Of a stretch of 64,000 nucleotides of DNA, positions 1-20,991 are shown in pieces. Position 1 is the first letter of the stretch, and each line of letters begins with the position of its first letter. Location: the NCBI RefSeq assembly GCF_009914755.1, contig NC_060931.1. The stretch is one strand, 5' to 3'. Source of the stretch: the human T2T-CHM13v2.0 reference genome, Homo sapiens. A program made the position numbers and the translations under genes. The notes under the pieces were generated by a model. The model did no database searches and was not told the DNA's origin. It saw only the letters and a list, made by a program, of their open reading frames with translations.

Positions 1-335
1 TGCCTGGCCTTAAATATATATATTAGAAAACAAGGAAGACCTAGATATTTAGCTCAAAGAGGGTAAAAGGCACTTTGGGAAGCAGAGGCAGGTGACTGCC
101 TGAGCCCAGGAGATCGAAAACAGCTTGGGCAATACGGTGAGACCCCATCCTTAAAAAAAAAAATACAATATAATTTAAAAATAAAAAGAATAAAAGAACA
201 CGGTAAACCAAAAAAAGGAAGTAAAGAATAGCAGAAATTAACAACATGCAGTCTATCCCAATGCAATTATCAACCATGAGAATAAACATTTACATGCGAG
301 AATATTTATGTAAAAGGAAAGCCATTATGACACTA

Positions 336-921
336 TTTTTTTTTTTTTGAGACGGAATCTCGCTCTGTCGCCCAGGCTGCAGTGCAGTGGCGTGATCTCG
401 GCTCACTGCAAGCTCTGCCTCCTGTGTTCACGCCATTCTCCTGCCCAGCCTCCCAAGTAACTGGGACTACAGGCGCCCACCACCACGTCTGGCTATTTTT
501 TTTTTTTTTTGTATTTTTAGTAGAGACGGGGTTTCACCATGTTAGCCAGGAGGGTCTTGATCTCCAGACCTCGTGATCTGCCTGCCTCGGTCTCCCAAAG
601 TGCTGGGATTACAGGCTTGAGCCACCGCGCTCGACTGACACTATTTTTTTGAGACAGAGTCCATTCTGTCGCTGGAGTGCAGTGGCACGATCTGGGCTCA
701 CTGCAACCTCCGCTTCCTGGGTTCAAGCGATCCTCCCCCTCAGTCTCCCAAGTAGCTGGGATTACGGCGCATGCCACCATGCCCGGCTAATTTTTTTATT
801 TTTAGTAGAGACGAGGTCTCACCATGTTGGCCAGGCTGGTTTCGAACTCCTGACTTCAAGTGACCTACCCGCCTTGGCCTCCCAAAGTGATGGGATTACA
901 AGCGTGAGTCACCGCGCCTGA
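336..921 (-). mobile_element. Two tandem antisense Alus (AluY-like, then AluS-like)
   Basis: Poly-T heads, Alu consensus, repeated TGACACTA target-site motif. Confidence 0.9.
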
Positions 922-1193
922 CCTATGACACTACTTAAAATGATGAAAAATGAGAAATATAAACATCTGACAGTGGAGTGATTCAATTAATTATGGTCTA
1001 TTCCTACAGCAAATAACATGTAGTCAATAACATTAACATATTATGTGGAGAAAACACTCACTATGATAGCAAGAGAGAAAGCAAGACACCAAAATTGTGT
1101 TTACAGTATGACCTCATTTTTTTTTTCCCCAGAAAAATACAGCTTTATGTGTTATGAAAAGGCTGGGAGTAAATTAAAACGTTGATGGTTTAA

Positions 1194-1540
<347 letters not shown>

Positions 1541-1758
1541 CCTACTTTCATAATCAGAAAGAAAACAAATCTGATGTCTTAAACACACTAAATACAACGA
1601 GAACAACAATAAAACAAGTTTGTTCACGCCTTCTGTAGAACTGAACCTTGGGGTGCCCTGATCGTGGCTCAATTGGCTGAATTTCAGGCTCTAACTCTCC
1701 AGATCATTCTCTCGGGCTTCATCTTAACTTGCCCTCAGTCTGCCACAGATAATCCTTA

Positions 1759-2100
<342 letters not shown>

Positions 2101-2469
2101 TCACAGCAGCCCACCATGCCTGCTCAGGCCTGGGAAGGGGCCCCAGAACTTTCATCTCAGACCAGGAGAACCATGATCCCCAGACCAGAGGTCTGTACTG
2201 CAGGGATGGATGCAAAGCTTTGGTCTAGGTGGGGCCCTGAGCGCTGGTGGCGGGGCTGAAAGGGGCAGATGAGGGTCTAGCTGAAACCACAAGGCCTTCG
2301 GAACTCAAAGTCTGTCACCCTTGGTCTTTGGTGCAGTCGGGGCAACAGCGTGGTGCTGGCCCAGGCTGCAGGTGGGCCAGAGTCAGGGGCATCTTTGAGT
2401 TCCGGGGTCAGCCATGTGTGCAAGGGGATGTCTACCCATGCCCCAGGGCCAGCCTGGGCTGGAAAGTTT

Positions 2470-2750
2470 CTGTCCCTCCCAGCGTCAAGTGGTGGCTGCA
2501 TTTGACGTCCTGAAGCCAGCAGGGGGGTGCGGAGGGGAAGGGGCGCCTGTCCGTGTGTCTGTCCCTCTCAGGGTCAGTGGTGGCTGCATTTGCTGTTCTG
2601 CAGCCAGTAGGAGGGTGAGGAGGGGAAGGGGCACCTGTCCGTGTGTCTGTCCCTCCCAGGATTAGTGGTGGCTGCATCTGAAGCCGGCGGGGGGGAGAGG
2701 GGGGCGGCGGGGTGCGGAAAGGAAGGGGCGCCTGTCTCTCCCAGGACCAG
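2470..2750. repeat. Degenerate 88-bp tandem repeat (~3 copies) in BRAT1 intron 1
   Basis: GTGGTGGCTGCAT recurs at 2489, 2577 and 2665. Confidence 0.8.
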
Positions 2751-3550
2751 GTGTGCATCCGTGCGTCCAGCCTCGGGGGTGGGCGGGGTGGTCAGCGGCT
2801 CTGTCTAACCGGGGCACCGTCTGCCAATGCCCGGGAAGGCTGCGTCCCGGGAAGAGGAACCCTCCCCACACTTTGAAGTCAGTTTTGGCCGCGAGCGCCA
2901 GGCCCGAGAGTCCAGAAGGGGCGCCAGAGCAGGCGGCCACAGTCGGGCTGGGAAGCGAGCCCAGGTCGCGCACGCCCCGGGCTGGGCTGCTCCCTGGCCC
3001 GCCCGCCCCCCTCGGCCGGGTCTTGGCCTCCCCGCGCCCCACTACCACGACCTCGACCCCCGAAGGCCCACGCGCCTCACCGCTCGGTTGCGTCCTCCGC
3101 CGCAACCACCCCTCGCCCAAGGCTCCGCCTCCGGACAGTGCCACCTGCCAGGCCCGGAGGAGGCGGAGGACGGAGACGGCTGGCGTAGGGAACTGAGACT
3201 GCACCCCTGGAGGCCGCTCTGGAAGCCTCGAGGGCCCAGACTTGAAGGAAGGAGTTCAAGCTGAGAGGGGCTGGGGACAGGCAGGCGCCAAGCCGGTCGC
3301 TCCGACAGATCACCCCCGCCAGGCGCCTAGTGGTTCATGCCGAGCATCCGGTGGGTGGGCGGGGCGTCTCGAGGGCGGGGATCTCTGAGGAAGGCGCGGG
3401 GTTGTGTCCGGAGGGGCGGGGCTTCGCCTGCAGGGCGCCCAGTGTCTGCACCGGCGGGAGCGAGAAAACTATGTGCCGGAGAGAAGCGTCCTGATCCGTG
3501 CACCAAAGCCCTTGGTCATTTAGCTTCAGGTTCTCAAATTAAGTCCTCCG

Positions 3551-3560
<10 letters not shown>
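2690..3560. promoter_or_regulatory. CpG island / BRAT1 promoter with GC boxes
   Basis: Very high GC and CpG density; GGGCGG boxes at ~3357, ~3373 and ~3414. Confidence 0.85.
3081..3200 (-). other. BRAT1: Probable BRAT1 non-coding exon 1 (5' boundary approximate)
   Basis: Minus-strand donor GCG|GTGAGG at 3081/3080 inside a CpG island, upstream of the coding exon. The TSS cannot be determined from sequence. Confidence 0.65.
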
Positions 3561-4220
<660 letters not shown>

Positions 4221-4360
4221 CTAACTGTGTGTTCGAGAGTCTCAAAGCCAGTGGATAGACAAGGCTCATGTTCCCAAAGCATTGTTTTATAGCAAGATTG
4301 TTGGGAGCCAACACCAGATTTAGGAAACAAAGCAGAATTCCTATGGATATTAAAATTTAA

Positions 4361-6491
<2,131 letters not shown>

Positions 6492-6576
6492 GGTTTTTTT
6501 CCCCCTCTCAGCCCCCGCGCTCCGCCCCGGGAACTCCGGGAGCGCTCCTGGTCGGCCGGCCGGCGCCCGCGGACTC

Positions 6577-6588
6577 TGCGCACGCGCA
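6577..6588 (+). promoter_or_regulatory. NRF1-like site
   Basis: TGCGCACGCGCA, an 11/12 match to TGCGCATGCGCA. Confidence 0.6.
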
Positions 6589-6644
6589 TGGTCGCCCCAG
6601 GGGGAACGCAGGTCGCTTACCCGGCTGGGTAGGTCGGCGGCCTG

Positions 6645-6658
6645 GTTGCCATGGCAGC
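6645..6658 (+). promoter_or_regulatory. RFX X-box
   Basis: GTTGCCATGGCAGC, a 13/14 match to the palindromic X-box GTTGCCATGGCAAC typical of ciliary gene promoters. Confidence 0.8.
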
Positions 6659-6780
6659 GGGGTCGCGGGCCGGCGCCAGGGAAGGCCCCGAGGCTGCGGG
6701 CGGCCAGGGCTGCCCGCGGATCCCCAGACCCGGACGCCCGAGCCAGCAACCCTGAGGGGCGGCCGGGCAGCGCCGCCACC

Positions 6781-6816
6781 ATGTTCCTGGGCACCGGGGA
6801 GCCGGCCTTGGACACG
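6781..6816 (+). CDS. IQCE: IQCE coding exon 1 (MFLGTGEPALDT)
   Basis: Kozak gccgccaccATG; donor ACG|GTAAGA. Confidence 0.95.
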
Positions 6817-7460
6817 GTAAGAACGGGCGAGGGGGCGACGCCGGGCGGGCGTCCGCGAGGCCTCGGCTCGTCCCCGTCGCCCGCAGCCTCGGGGCCCCGC
6901 GCAGGGGCCGGCCCGGGGCGTGAGGACGGGGCGCACGGCCGGGTGACAGCTGCCATTATTGTTACCGCACAAGAGCGCGCTGCAGGCCCCGCGCCGCCTG
7001 CAGCCTCGCCCGCGCCCGCTTTCGCAGAGGCCGCCGCTTCCAGGAAGCTCTCCGGGACGCCGCGCCCTCGCCTCTGGGCGCCTGCGAGTCTGCGGCCCGC
7101 AGGTGACGGAGCTCACGGTGTAAGTGCCTCCGGGCACCCCCGATCTAAGGCGGGATCCACGGATCCCGTGTGGCCCCAAGCCTTCGGGGTGGGAGGGAGG
7201 CAGCCCCAGGGTCTGGGAACCCAGCTTGGTCAGAGGAGGCTTCCTGGAGGAGGGTGGGGCCCGATGTACTCCCCAGGGCGAGGGTGCATGGGCCTTAGGT
7301 TAGTTACTTTGCCCGGTAGATATCTACTGTGTGTTAGAGACACGGGAATAAGCTGCATTCCAGTGGGGGGGGGGGGGCGGAGGGACAAGGTAATAAACAG
7401 GTAATTAAGATCGTGTCAGAAAGTGAGAAGTGCTGTGCAGAAAATGAAACAGGCCCATAT

Positions 7461-8745
<1,285 letters not shown>

Positions 8746-8749
8746 TATG

Positions 8750-12360
<3,611 letters not shown>

Positions 12361-12572
12361 CCTCGCTCTCCTGTCTGTTAGGAGCCTGGCCCTGCCAACA
12401 CCTTGATTCTGGACTTCCAGCCTCCCAAACTGAGACAGTTAATTTCAGTGTGAAACCACCCCATTTCTTCTGTTACAACCACCCTGACACAGGCTGATTG
12501 AGCTTAACCTACTGTGGAAATAAGTGGCAATCTCAGATAGTGCTTGAAGGAGGCGGAACAGATTGGCCATTT

Positions 12573-12830
12573 TGTGTGAGTGCATGTGTGCGTGTGTGTG
12601 CGTGCGTGTGTGTGTGTGAGTGCATGTGTGCATGTGTGTGAGTGTGTGTGTGTGTGTGCTGTGTATGGTTGTATTCTGCTGACTGCAGTCATGGATCCTT
12701 GGACTGTTGTGTGATTTTAGGTGCGTGCATGAGTGTGTGTGCGTGTGTGTGTGTGCATGCGTGTGTGTGTGCGCTGTGTATGATTGTATTCTGCTGACTG
12801 GTGTCATGGATCCTTGGGCTGTTGTGTGAT
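12573..12830. repeat. Two-copy ~114-bp duplication with (TG/CG)n tracts
   Basis: gctgtgtatg(g/a)ttgtattctgctgactg..catggatccttgg..ctgttgtgtgattt occurs twice. Confidence 0.75.
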
Positions 12831-13885
12831 TTCCGGTCCTGACTGCGTTTCACCTCTTCCCTGCACTATGACCGGCAGGCTGGAGGCAGCACGGCTGGAA
12901 GGGAGTGGTGGAGAGGGCAGCCGTTGTGGGTGAGATCAATGCATTTTGTTTACTACACATAAAATCTCATTCCTTTGTTGAATTTCAGGTCATTCAAAAA
13001 GTCTTCAAGATTTTATTCACAGCAAGGAATAATGACAGATGTTTACAGAGAAAGTTGCTGCTGCTTTTCTAGACAGTTTTCAGCAGTTTCCCCTCTGTTC
13101 TCTGCAGGCACGTCCTTGTGATGCCCAGGGCTGACTTGGCTTTTCTGATCCCCCGCTAACCTGTGTGTCCAGTTCCCGGCCTGCCCTTCCTCAATTTTGT
13201 ACATAATTTCAATACACTTTGCTAAAAGGAAAACTTTTCTCTATAATTGTCATATGCTGTTTATGTCTTAAAAGGTCACCTTAAATAGGTGATATAAAAA
13301 ATGATATAAAAAATTTCAGTCAATGGCTGATTTTTTTAAACGCTCCATTTATTTGGAATGCACCGTCTTTCCTTTGCCCCTCGAAATGCAGTCACATTGC
13401 ACTTGTGTCCTGGCCTGTCTAGTTGCACCTTATCCATGTTATCATGCAGCCAGGCATTTCTAATACAGTTTCACACTGCTAGCAAAATTGGCACTTCATG
13501 TACTATTAGCCTTGTAGAAAATAAGTTTGCTTTTCAGAACGCAGTAGCATCCCATTATGATACTGCGTGGACTCAGCTATACCAGGGACAGGTAGCACAA
13601 ATGTCATCACCTCCACCCCAAGCTGTAGAACTATTGGCTCATAATGGGGCATTCAGCTCTAACTTCCAGTGTCCGCATTGGAAAGCACCAATATGATCTT
13701 CCGAGGGACTTTAAACATTTTATGCTTCTCTTTTTGGATTTCAATTTGAGTGAATGAGTTAATACAGAAACATTTTTGTCTTCAAAAAGCTTCCTTTTTT
13801 TTTTTTTTTTGGCCATCCTCGTGCTGAAATCAGACAGTACAAGTCTTATTTCATTCCCTGGACCAGGACAAAGTCACTGGAATAA

Positions 13886-14157
<272 letters not shown>

Positions 14158-14618
14158 TAGAGACAGTGTCTCACCATGTTGCCCAGGCCGAGTTTGCTTT
14201 TTAAAAGATGACTCTCACCCGTTCTTACCAGGAGACAGTCACAGATTCGTTGTGCTTTGATGTAAAGATGAATAAGAGTGAGAACATTTATGTAAAAATG
14301 AAATGCTTTCAGCAAGAACTGGTTTTGTTTTTCTTTGTCAAGACACAATTCTGTGGGAAATAGTGTTACTAGATTTGCAGACATTTGCACGCCTGCTGGG
14401 CGGCGTTTTGTGTTTTGTTCCCCCCACCCACCCATTCCTTCTGATGAGACTGAGGAACTGGCTGCTGCCCAGCTGGAGTGTTCTGAGTGGCCTCAGAGCT
14501 GGATTTCTGGAGTTTCTGTTTCAGCAGCTGTGGACGGGCTGTTTTCGCTTTTGTAAACGTGATGGTCGGAAGCCCAGCAGGTGCCGTCGAGTTACAGTGT
14601 TTGCCTCTCTTCCTCCAG

Positions 14619-14666
14619 GGAGATGACAGTCTGTCTGCAGTCACCTTTGACTCTGATGTGGAGACG
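14619..14666 (+). CDS. IQCE: IQCE exon 2 (GDDSLSAVTFDSDVET)
   Basis: tcttcctccag| ... ACG|GTGAGT; 48 nt, phase 0-0. Confidence 0.92.
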
Positions 14667-15606
14667 GTGAGTGCCGCTGGGTGTCAGCCGTGCGACCTCG
14701 GGCTGGTTGCGCTGCCCTTGCAGACTGCACTCGGAAGCGTAAAATAGGCCGTTCTCCACAATACTGTGTCGAGAGCTGGAATGCATATTCCGAATGCTCC
14801 TTGGTGTTTGAAAAGTTTCCAGCCCTTAGGTTTAAATACCTGTGGTGATAACTTTAAAACTTTTATCTGGACGTGAATCCTGAGCAGGGCTCATGTGAGA
14901 CAGATTGCTAGTCCCTGGCCTGCAGCTGGTTTTGCCCTGCACCCCACGCCCTCATCCTGACACTTGAGGGGAGGAGGAGAGCCCCTGCTAATGCCGTCGG
15001 AAGGACCCGATGGGAGAAAGCAGACCTGGGCAGCCGCCATCCCAAGCTGAACTGCTGCCTGGCCTCCCAGCCCGGAAAGGAGAGGGGCAGGAGTGGTGTC
15101 CGATGGCCCAGTGGCACACTGTGGCCCCGGACTGGGCTTTGGGTTTGTTTGGCAAGCTGTGCTGGGTAGAAAAGGAAGTGTGCCAATTGCTCTTCTCGTG
15201 TATGAGCGAAAAAAGCTTTTCTTACTGGAGACGCAGATCTAGCAAACCTGCAGCCAGCAGAACGAACCCGGCACCAGCAGATCTCAATTCCACGTTTGCT
15301 CTGTGGACTCAAGGGGGAGCCTCAGCTCCACTGTCTTCCTCCAGGGACCTCTGTTCGCAAAGTTAAGGATTTTCCCTCCATGTCACAGAGGGCAGGGGAT
15401 GCTCCTCTGATGTTCCCCGGAGGAGGAGGGATCCAAACCAAGCCCCAGGGAAAATTCCCCCCGCGCAGAACTTGGGGCTCAATGTTTCTGCTGGAGGGGA
15501 AGTGAGGAGACCTGGCCGCGGTAGCCTTATCTGCTCGGTCTAGTGCAAGGTGATGAGGAAGTTAAGGTTGGAAGCATGGCAGCATCTTCCCCAGGCCACG
15601 GCACGA

Positions 15607-15919
15607 CGGGTTGTGTGTCTCTAATGCAAAATCCAAAATGCTCCAAAAATGGAAACTTTTTGAGCACCCTCATGAGGCCACAAGTGGGAAATTCCACCCT
15701 TAAGTACTTCACACAAGCTTTGTTTCATGCACAAAGTTATTAAAAACACAATATAAAATTACCTTTGCACTATGGGTATAATGTATATATGAAACATAAA
15801 TGAATTTTGTGTTTAGACTTGGGTCCCATCCCCAAGATACCTCATTATATGGATGCAAATATTCCCAAATCAGAAACACTCTTGGTCCCAGGCATCTCGG
15901 ATATGGGACACTCACCCCG
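15607..15919 (+). mobile_element. Tigger4b/MER46B-like DNA transposon remnant
   Basis: AAATCCAAAATGCTCCAAAA...TTTAGACTTGGGTCCCATCCCCAAGATA...GGATATGGGACACTCACC matches the recalled Tigger4 consensus. Confidence 0.75.
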
Positions 15920-16456
15920 TAGTAAGCAGTGGAACCAGATCTGGACCCCGTTCTGTGAGATCTGGACCCCATTGGGTGTTTGGCATCGTGGTTGTCACAG
16001 GAGACCACCTTCCAGACAGGGTCTCCCTTTGCTCGGCCTTCTTCCTTAGTGGGCTTTGCAGTTGACTTATGTGCAGGGATTCATCTGACCACCTCCACCT
16101 GAGTGGACAGAGGTGCGCTGGGCTCCCAAGCTGGCTGTGCGGGCGGTTTGGGTGGGGGCAGATCCGCCATTTGTGTGGGACCCTCAGTCTGAACGTCAGG
16201 AGCCCGGGCCCGATGGTTTTCTGTAATTGGAACTTGTGCTCTGAGAGCCCAGCCCTGAGCACTGACGTGAGTGCATTTTTGTGGGGTCTGCATCGGGCCC
16301 TGCGTGTCCTGTTCCTGGACCCTCCTTACGTCCCCGTAAGCTCACGTCCTCTTGCTGCTCTTACACGACCCCTGACCCTTTCTGAACATGGTAGGGTCTT
16401 GTGATGCACCACTGTGGGAGCTCAGCAAGCCTTATGCCATTTCTTCTTTCTTTCAG

Positions 16457-16502
16457 AAAGCAAAAAGGAAAGCTTTCCACAAACCTCCACCCACATCGCC
16501 AA
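16457..16502 (+). CDS. IQCE: IQCE exon 3 (KAKRKAFHKPPPTSP)
   Basis: tttctttcag| ... A|GTAAGT; 46 nt. Confidence 0.92.
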
Positions 16503-18648
16503 GTAAGTATGACGAGGCCTGCCTTCCCTCTCACGCCGACGTTCCCTGGTGTCCTGGAGAGAATGAAGGGTATTTGCTTTGTACATTTAGGTAGCTGAGA
16601 CCTGACGCCTCAGCCAGTTGGCCCCATTCCCACTGGGGTCTCCCAGTTCGCGCTGGAGTCTCCCCCTTTCATGTTGGGGTTCATGCTGGGGTCTCAGGAG
16701 CACGTGGAGTCCCTGTTGGTGCCAGAGTGACGAGCCCTTTCTCAGGGCTGAGGCTGCCACCAACTCCCCAGTCTCCCCCGACAGTGCCTCTAGGCCTTTT
16801 GTTTTCTTTTTCTTGCTTTCTCAAAGGCTTACCTCTTCTGAATGCTGCCAGAGTTAAAGGATTTTTGACCTGGGATTTGTTCCTGAGAGTCGAAGTTACT
16901 GAGAAGGTGTAGTTGGTGGGACGGGTGGCAAGTTCACCTTTTTCCCCTTTGGATCATCCTGGGCTTGTTTTGCTGCCAGGGTTCTATTCTTCCTCACCCT
17001 CAGCAGGAGGAGGGCAGCATTTGCCACCCTGCTTGTCCAGGAGGGTGCCGCGGAGGTGGGGTTAGTCCAGGTGGCCCCGAGGCCCCTCTGTCTCTAATGC
17101 CGCTCTCGTGTACAGCAGCCCGTGTGCCGACCTTGTGCGTACGAATGTGTTCGTGACCCTGTAAATCCTAGGCCGGCATCCTGTGCTACCCCAAAGCCTG
17201 TGGCCTTCCCTGGCTGTGCCATCTGTAGATGTGTGTCTATTTTATATACGCGTATCATATATTTCAAAGGTTCAGTCAAGTATATGACGCACTCAGAGAA
17301 TATAAACAAACTTTGCTACTAGCCCAAGGAAAACATAATTAGGTAAATCCCTGCACAGAAAAGAATGCATGTTATATGTTACAAATCAATATAAACACTA
17401 GAAGGAAATCACCTAGCAATTTGGATTTTTGATGTCCTTTCTCTCCTTCCATGGAGAAAATTGAGAATTGATATAAAGTAAAAGGCCAGGACCGGGGGTG
17501 CCTCCTGACTCACACTCGGGACCTGTTTTTCTCCGGGTTTCTAGTTTCGTGAGTGTAGGGACCATGTCTGTCCTGTTCACTCAGCAAGTGTTTTTCTCCA
17601 AGGCCTGGTCAACCTGCTTGTAGGTTTGCAGCTTCCACCACGTTCCGAGGCTTTTCATCGTCCTGGTCACTCTGCCAGGAGGGCGAGGCAGGCGATGATG
17701 TTTTCCTGCTTTCCGAGTTTGTCGTTTTCCGGGCAGTATCAAACGCTGGCATCTCTCCACCACCCTGTCTCCGTCCTCTCTTCTTCCCTCCCCGCTTTTA
17801 TCCCCGCTTTCATGCTTTCCTGAGGAACCCTTCCTACTCGCCGATAAGCCCACACACTCTTAGGAGGGAAATGTAATGTGTAGGGCTTTTTTCTGCTCAC
17901 TCATTTACTTGTATAAATGACAACTTAAATCTTTACGTTTTGGAAGAATTTGAGACTATCTCGGAGGCCAGGTTCTGTGGTCCCGGGTAAGTGAAGATGC
18001 AGCAGGGTCCCTGCGTCTTTATTCCCTCATTCACAGTTACGGTGGCGAATTTCACATAAATTGTGAAACCGCGGGAAAAACTTAGAAACTTAAACATTTT
18101 GAACATATTAGACTTAAATTTTCAGACCCTACTGACATACATTTTGCAATTTAAGATATATAAGAATGTTTTAAGAGTGCCTTAGTTTTTGCATACGTTT
18201 ATTATCTTTTTTATACTTAAAGAGGGAAAATCTCAGATAAAGAATTTTAAAACATTTCCCTTACTTTCATATAAAATCAAGAATGCCCTGAAACAGTAAG
18301 ATTTTTCTCATTTATTTTAGATATTTTACATATTAAGTTCTAAATATTGCTCTGTCACTATGTAGTGACATTAAAAATGTGACATGTTAAAAAGGCACAA
18401 AACGATGTGTTCACTGTGGCTGTGAGTGTGTAAGAACACGCACATCTCTCAAAATTGGGGGTGAGAAATTAAATGCTATAATAAATGTTGGTAGAATTCA
18501 TATATTTCCCATTATATTCTTCCCATTCTTTTCTTTTCTTTTCTTAAGAAAAGCCTGTTACCCAGGCTGGAATGCAGTGGCATGATCATAGCTCACTGTA
18601 GCCTCGACCTCCTGGGCTCAAGAGATCCTCCTGCCTCAGCCCCCTTGA

Positions 18649-18840
<192 letters not shown>

Positions 18841-19028
18841 TAATAAAAGTTAAAGGAGAAATGTCAGTATATAGGTAAAGTAACTCTTTTTTCATTTTTG
18901 CCAGAATGTTTGACTAGAGTCACCACGCTCGTGGATTTTGTTTTCCTATTTCTGTCTTTCTGAAGTTCATGTGTTGAGCTCACATGTTGCTGTCCGGCAC
19001 CTCTGAATCCACGTGTTGGCTTTTCCAG

Positions 19029-19157
19029 AGTCACCTTATCTCTCTAAGCCGAGAAAAGTGGCCTCCTGGAGGTCCCTCAGGACGGCAGGGAGCATGCCTC
19101 TGGGCGGCCGAGCGTCCCTGACCCCGCAGAAGCTGTGGCTGGGAACCGCAAAGCCAG
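19029..19157 (+). CDS. IQCE: IQCE exon 4 (SPYLSKPRKVASWRSLRTAGSMPLGGRASLTPQKLWLGTAKP)
   Basis: ttttccag| ... CAG|GTATGT; 129 nt, frame continuous. Confidence 0.92.
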
Positions 19158-19694
19158 GTATGTGGTTGTCGCACTGGAGACCCTTCCTGCTTGAGAGAAG
19201 AGTTCGAGAAATTTCAGGGAGTGGTTTGAGATGGAGTTTTTAATATTCCTTGTTTGAATTACATTGTCTTTAGTTTTCTCGAAGACATCAAATATACACA
19301 TCGTAGTTTTATGTCATGCATAAATGTGGTTTCGCCAAGTGGCGCTTTAGCCTCCCTTGGTCCCGTGTGGTCTCTACATGGGAGTGGTGAGTTGTCTTGC
19401 CAGAGCCAACTGTTATAGTCTTAGGAGTTTGGTGGGCTGGTCAGTGTCATGCTGGCAACCTGATATTAGACATGGTAGAAATATGTATACCGTGGAAATA
19501 GGCAAACATTGTAATCAGGACTGTATTAATTGATATTTGGGAGCTGGTTGGTTAACCATTTACCAGCACGACACTGACGGCTGGCGTCTATCAGTGATTC
19601 AGCTTTCTTCAATCCAGGAAAGTTGATTAGAAACAAAACCTCCCATTGTGTGTGCTTGTATCTGTCATATTAAACCCATGCACATTCAAACCAG

Positions 19695-19829
19695 GAAGTC
19701 TGACCCAGGCCCTGAACTCACCCCTCACCTGGGAGCATGCGTGGACCGGCGTCCCCGGCGGCACTCCTGACTGTCTGACAGACACCTTCAGAGTGAAGAG
19801 GCCACATCTCAGGCGCTCTGCCAGCAACG
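19695..19829 (+). CDS. IQCE: IQCE exon 5 (SLTQALNSPLTWEHAW...RRSASN)
   Basis: ccag| ... ACG|GTGAGC; 135 nt. Confidence 0.9.
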
Positions 19830-20158
19830 GTGAGCATGCCGATGGTGGCGAGGCTGAGGCCAAGGAAGAGCAGAAAGGAAAGGACAGTCTCTGGGCTGGA
19901 GGCGTCCTTCGTCAGAGCAGGATTTCTGGCTTCGTGCATGAGCTCCGTCACTGGGAGGTTTTGGGAGGTCGTGGGAGCAGTGACTCACACAGTGACTCAC
20001 AAAAACCCGCCTGCCCCAGAAGGTAGCTTTCCTCGTGGGTGCAGGGATATCTCGCCAGGTGTCATCTGTACCTCCCTCCCTAAACATAGAGGCGTACTTA
20101 AATTTATTCATTGAGTAAATGATATTAGGAACAAATACTAATAAATAAATAATGATAA

Positions 20159-20482
<324 letters not shown>

Positions 20483-20920
20483 TGAAATTTAGATGTTTAA
20501 TATACTAGGTATCATTAAAACCAAAGTAAGCCTGACTGTTTTTACATTGGAATGGGTGTTGAGATGCTCTGTGCATTTTTTGTGTTTGGTATTTGTTTGT
20601 TTTGCTATTTAAATCTGAACATGTCCCTCCTCCTTCCGTGAGTCCCTTCTTTCATCCTTTTACTGTCATGAAACTTGGTCTTCACATGTTTATTTATTTA
20701 CTTTTTGCTTCATCTCTCTCTATCTACCATTTTTGGTTTTCTTGCTACTTGGTGTGAAGTATCATGATCAGGCTGGAAAACATGGAATTATTTTGGCTTT
20801 TTTATTTTCTTCTTTTTTAAAAGGAAATGTTACTAACTTCCAGGTTTTCCTTAAAGTATAGCCAAGAATTCTTTCTACTTTGTAGATAGTCTTTGAAACG
20901 ATTTGTTTATCTTTCTCTAG

Positions 20921-20991
20921 GTCATGTCCCTGGGACTCCTGTCTACAGAGAAAAAGAAGATATGTATGACGAGATTATTGAGTTAAAGAAG
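20921..20991 (+). CDS. IQCE: IQCE exon 6 (HVPGTPVYREKEDMYDEIIELKK)
   Basis: ctttctctag| ... AAG|GTAGTA; 71 nt. Confidence 0.93.

Noticed and set aside
2662-3313. Overlapping 145-180 aa ORFs in the BRAT1 island
   Set aside because: Stop-poor GC-rich sequence with no recognisable domain.
18354-18371. TGTCACTA-TG-TAGTGACA palindrome
   Set aside because: Short and isolated in AT-rich, probably transposon-derived DNA; compatible with chance.
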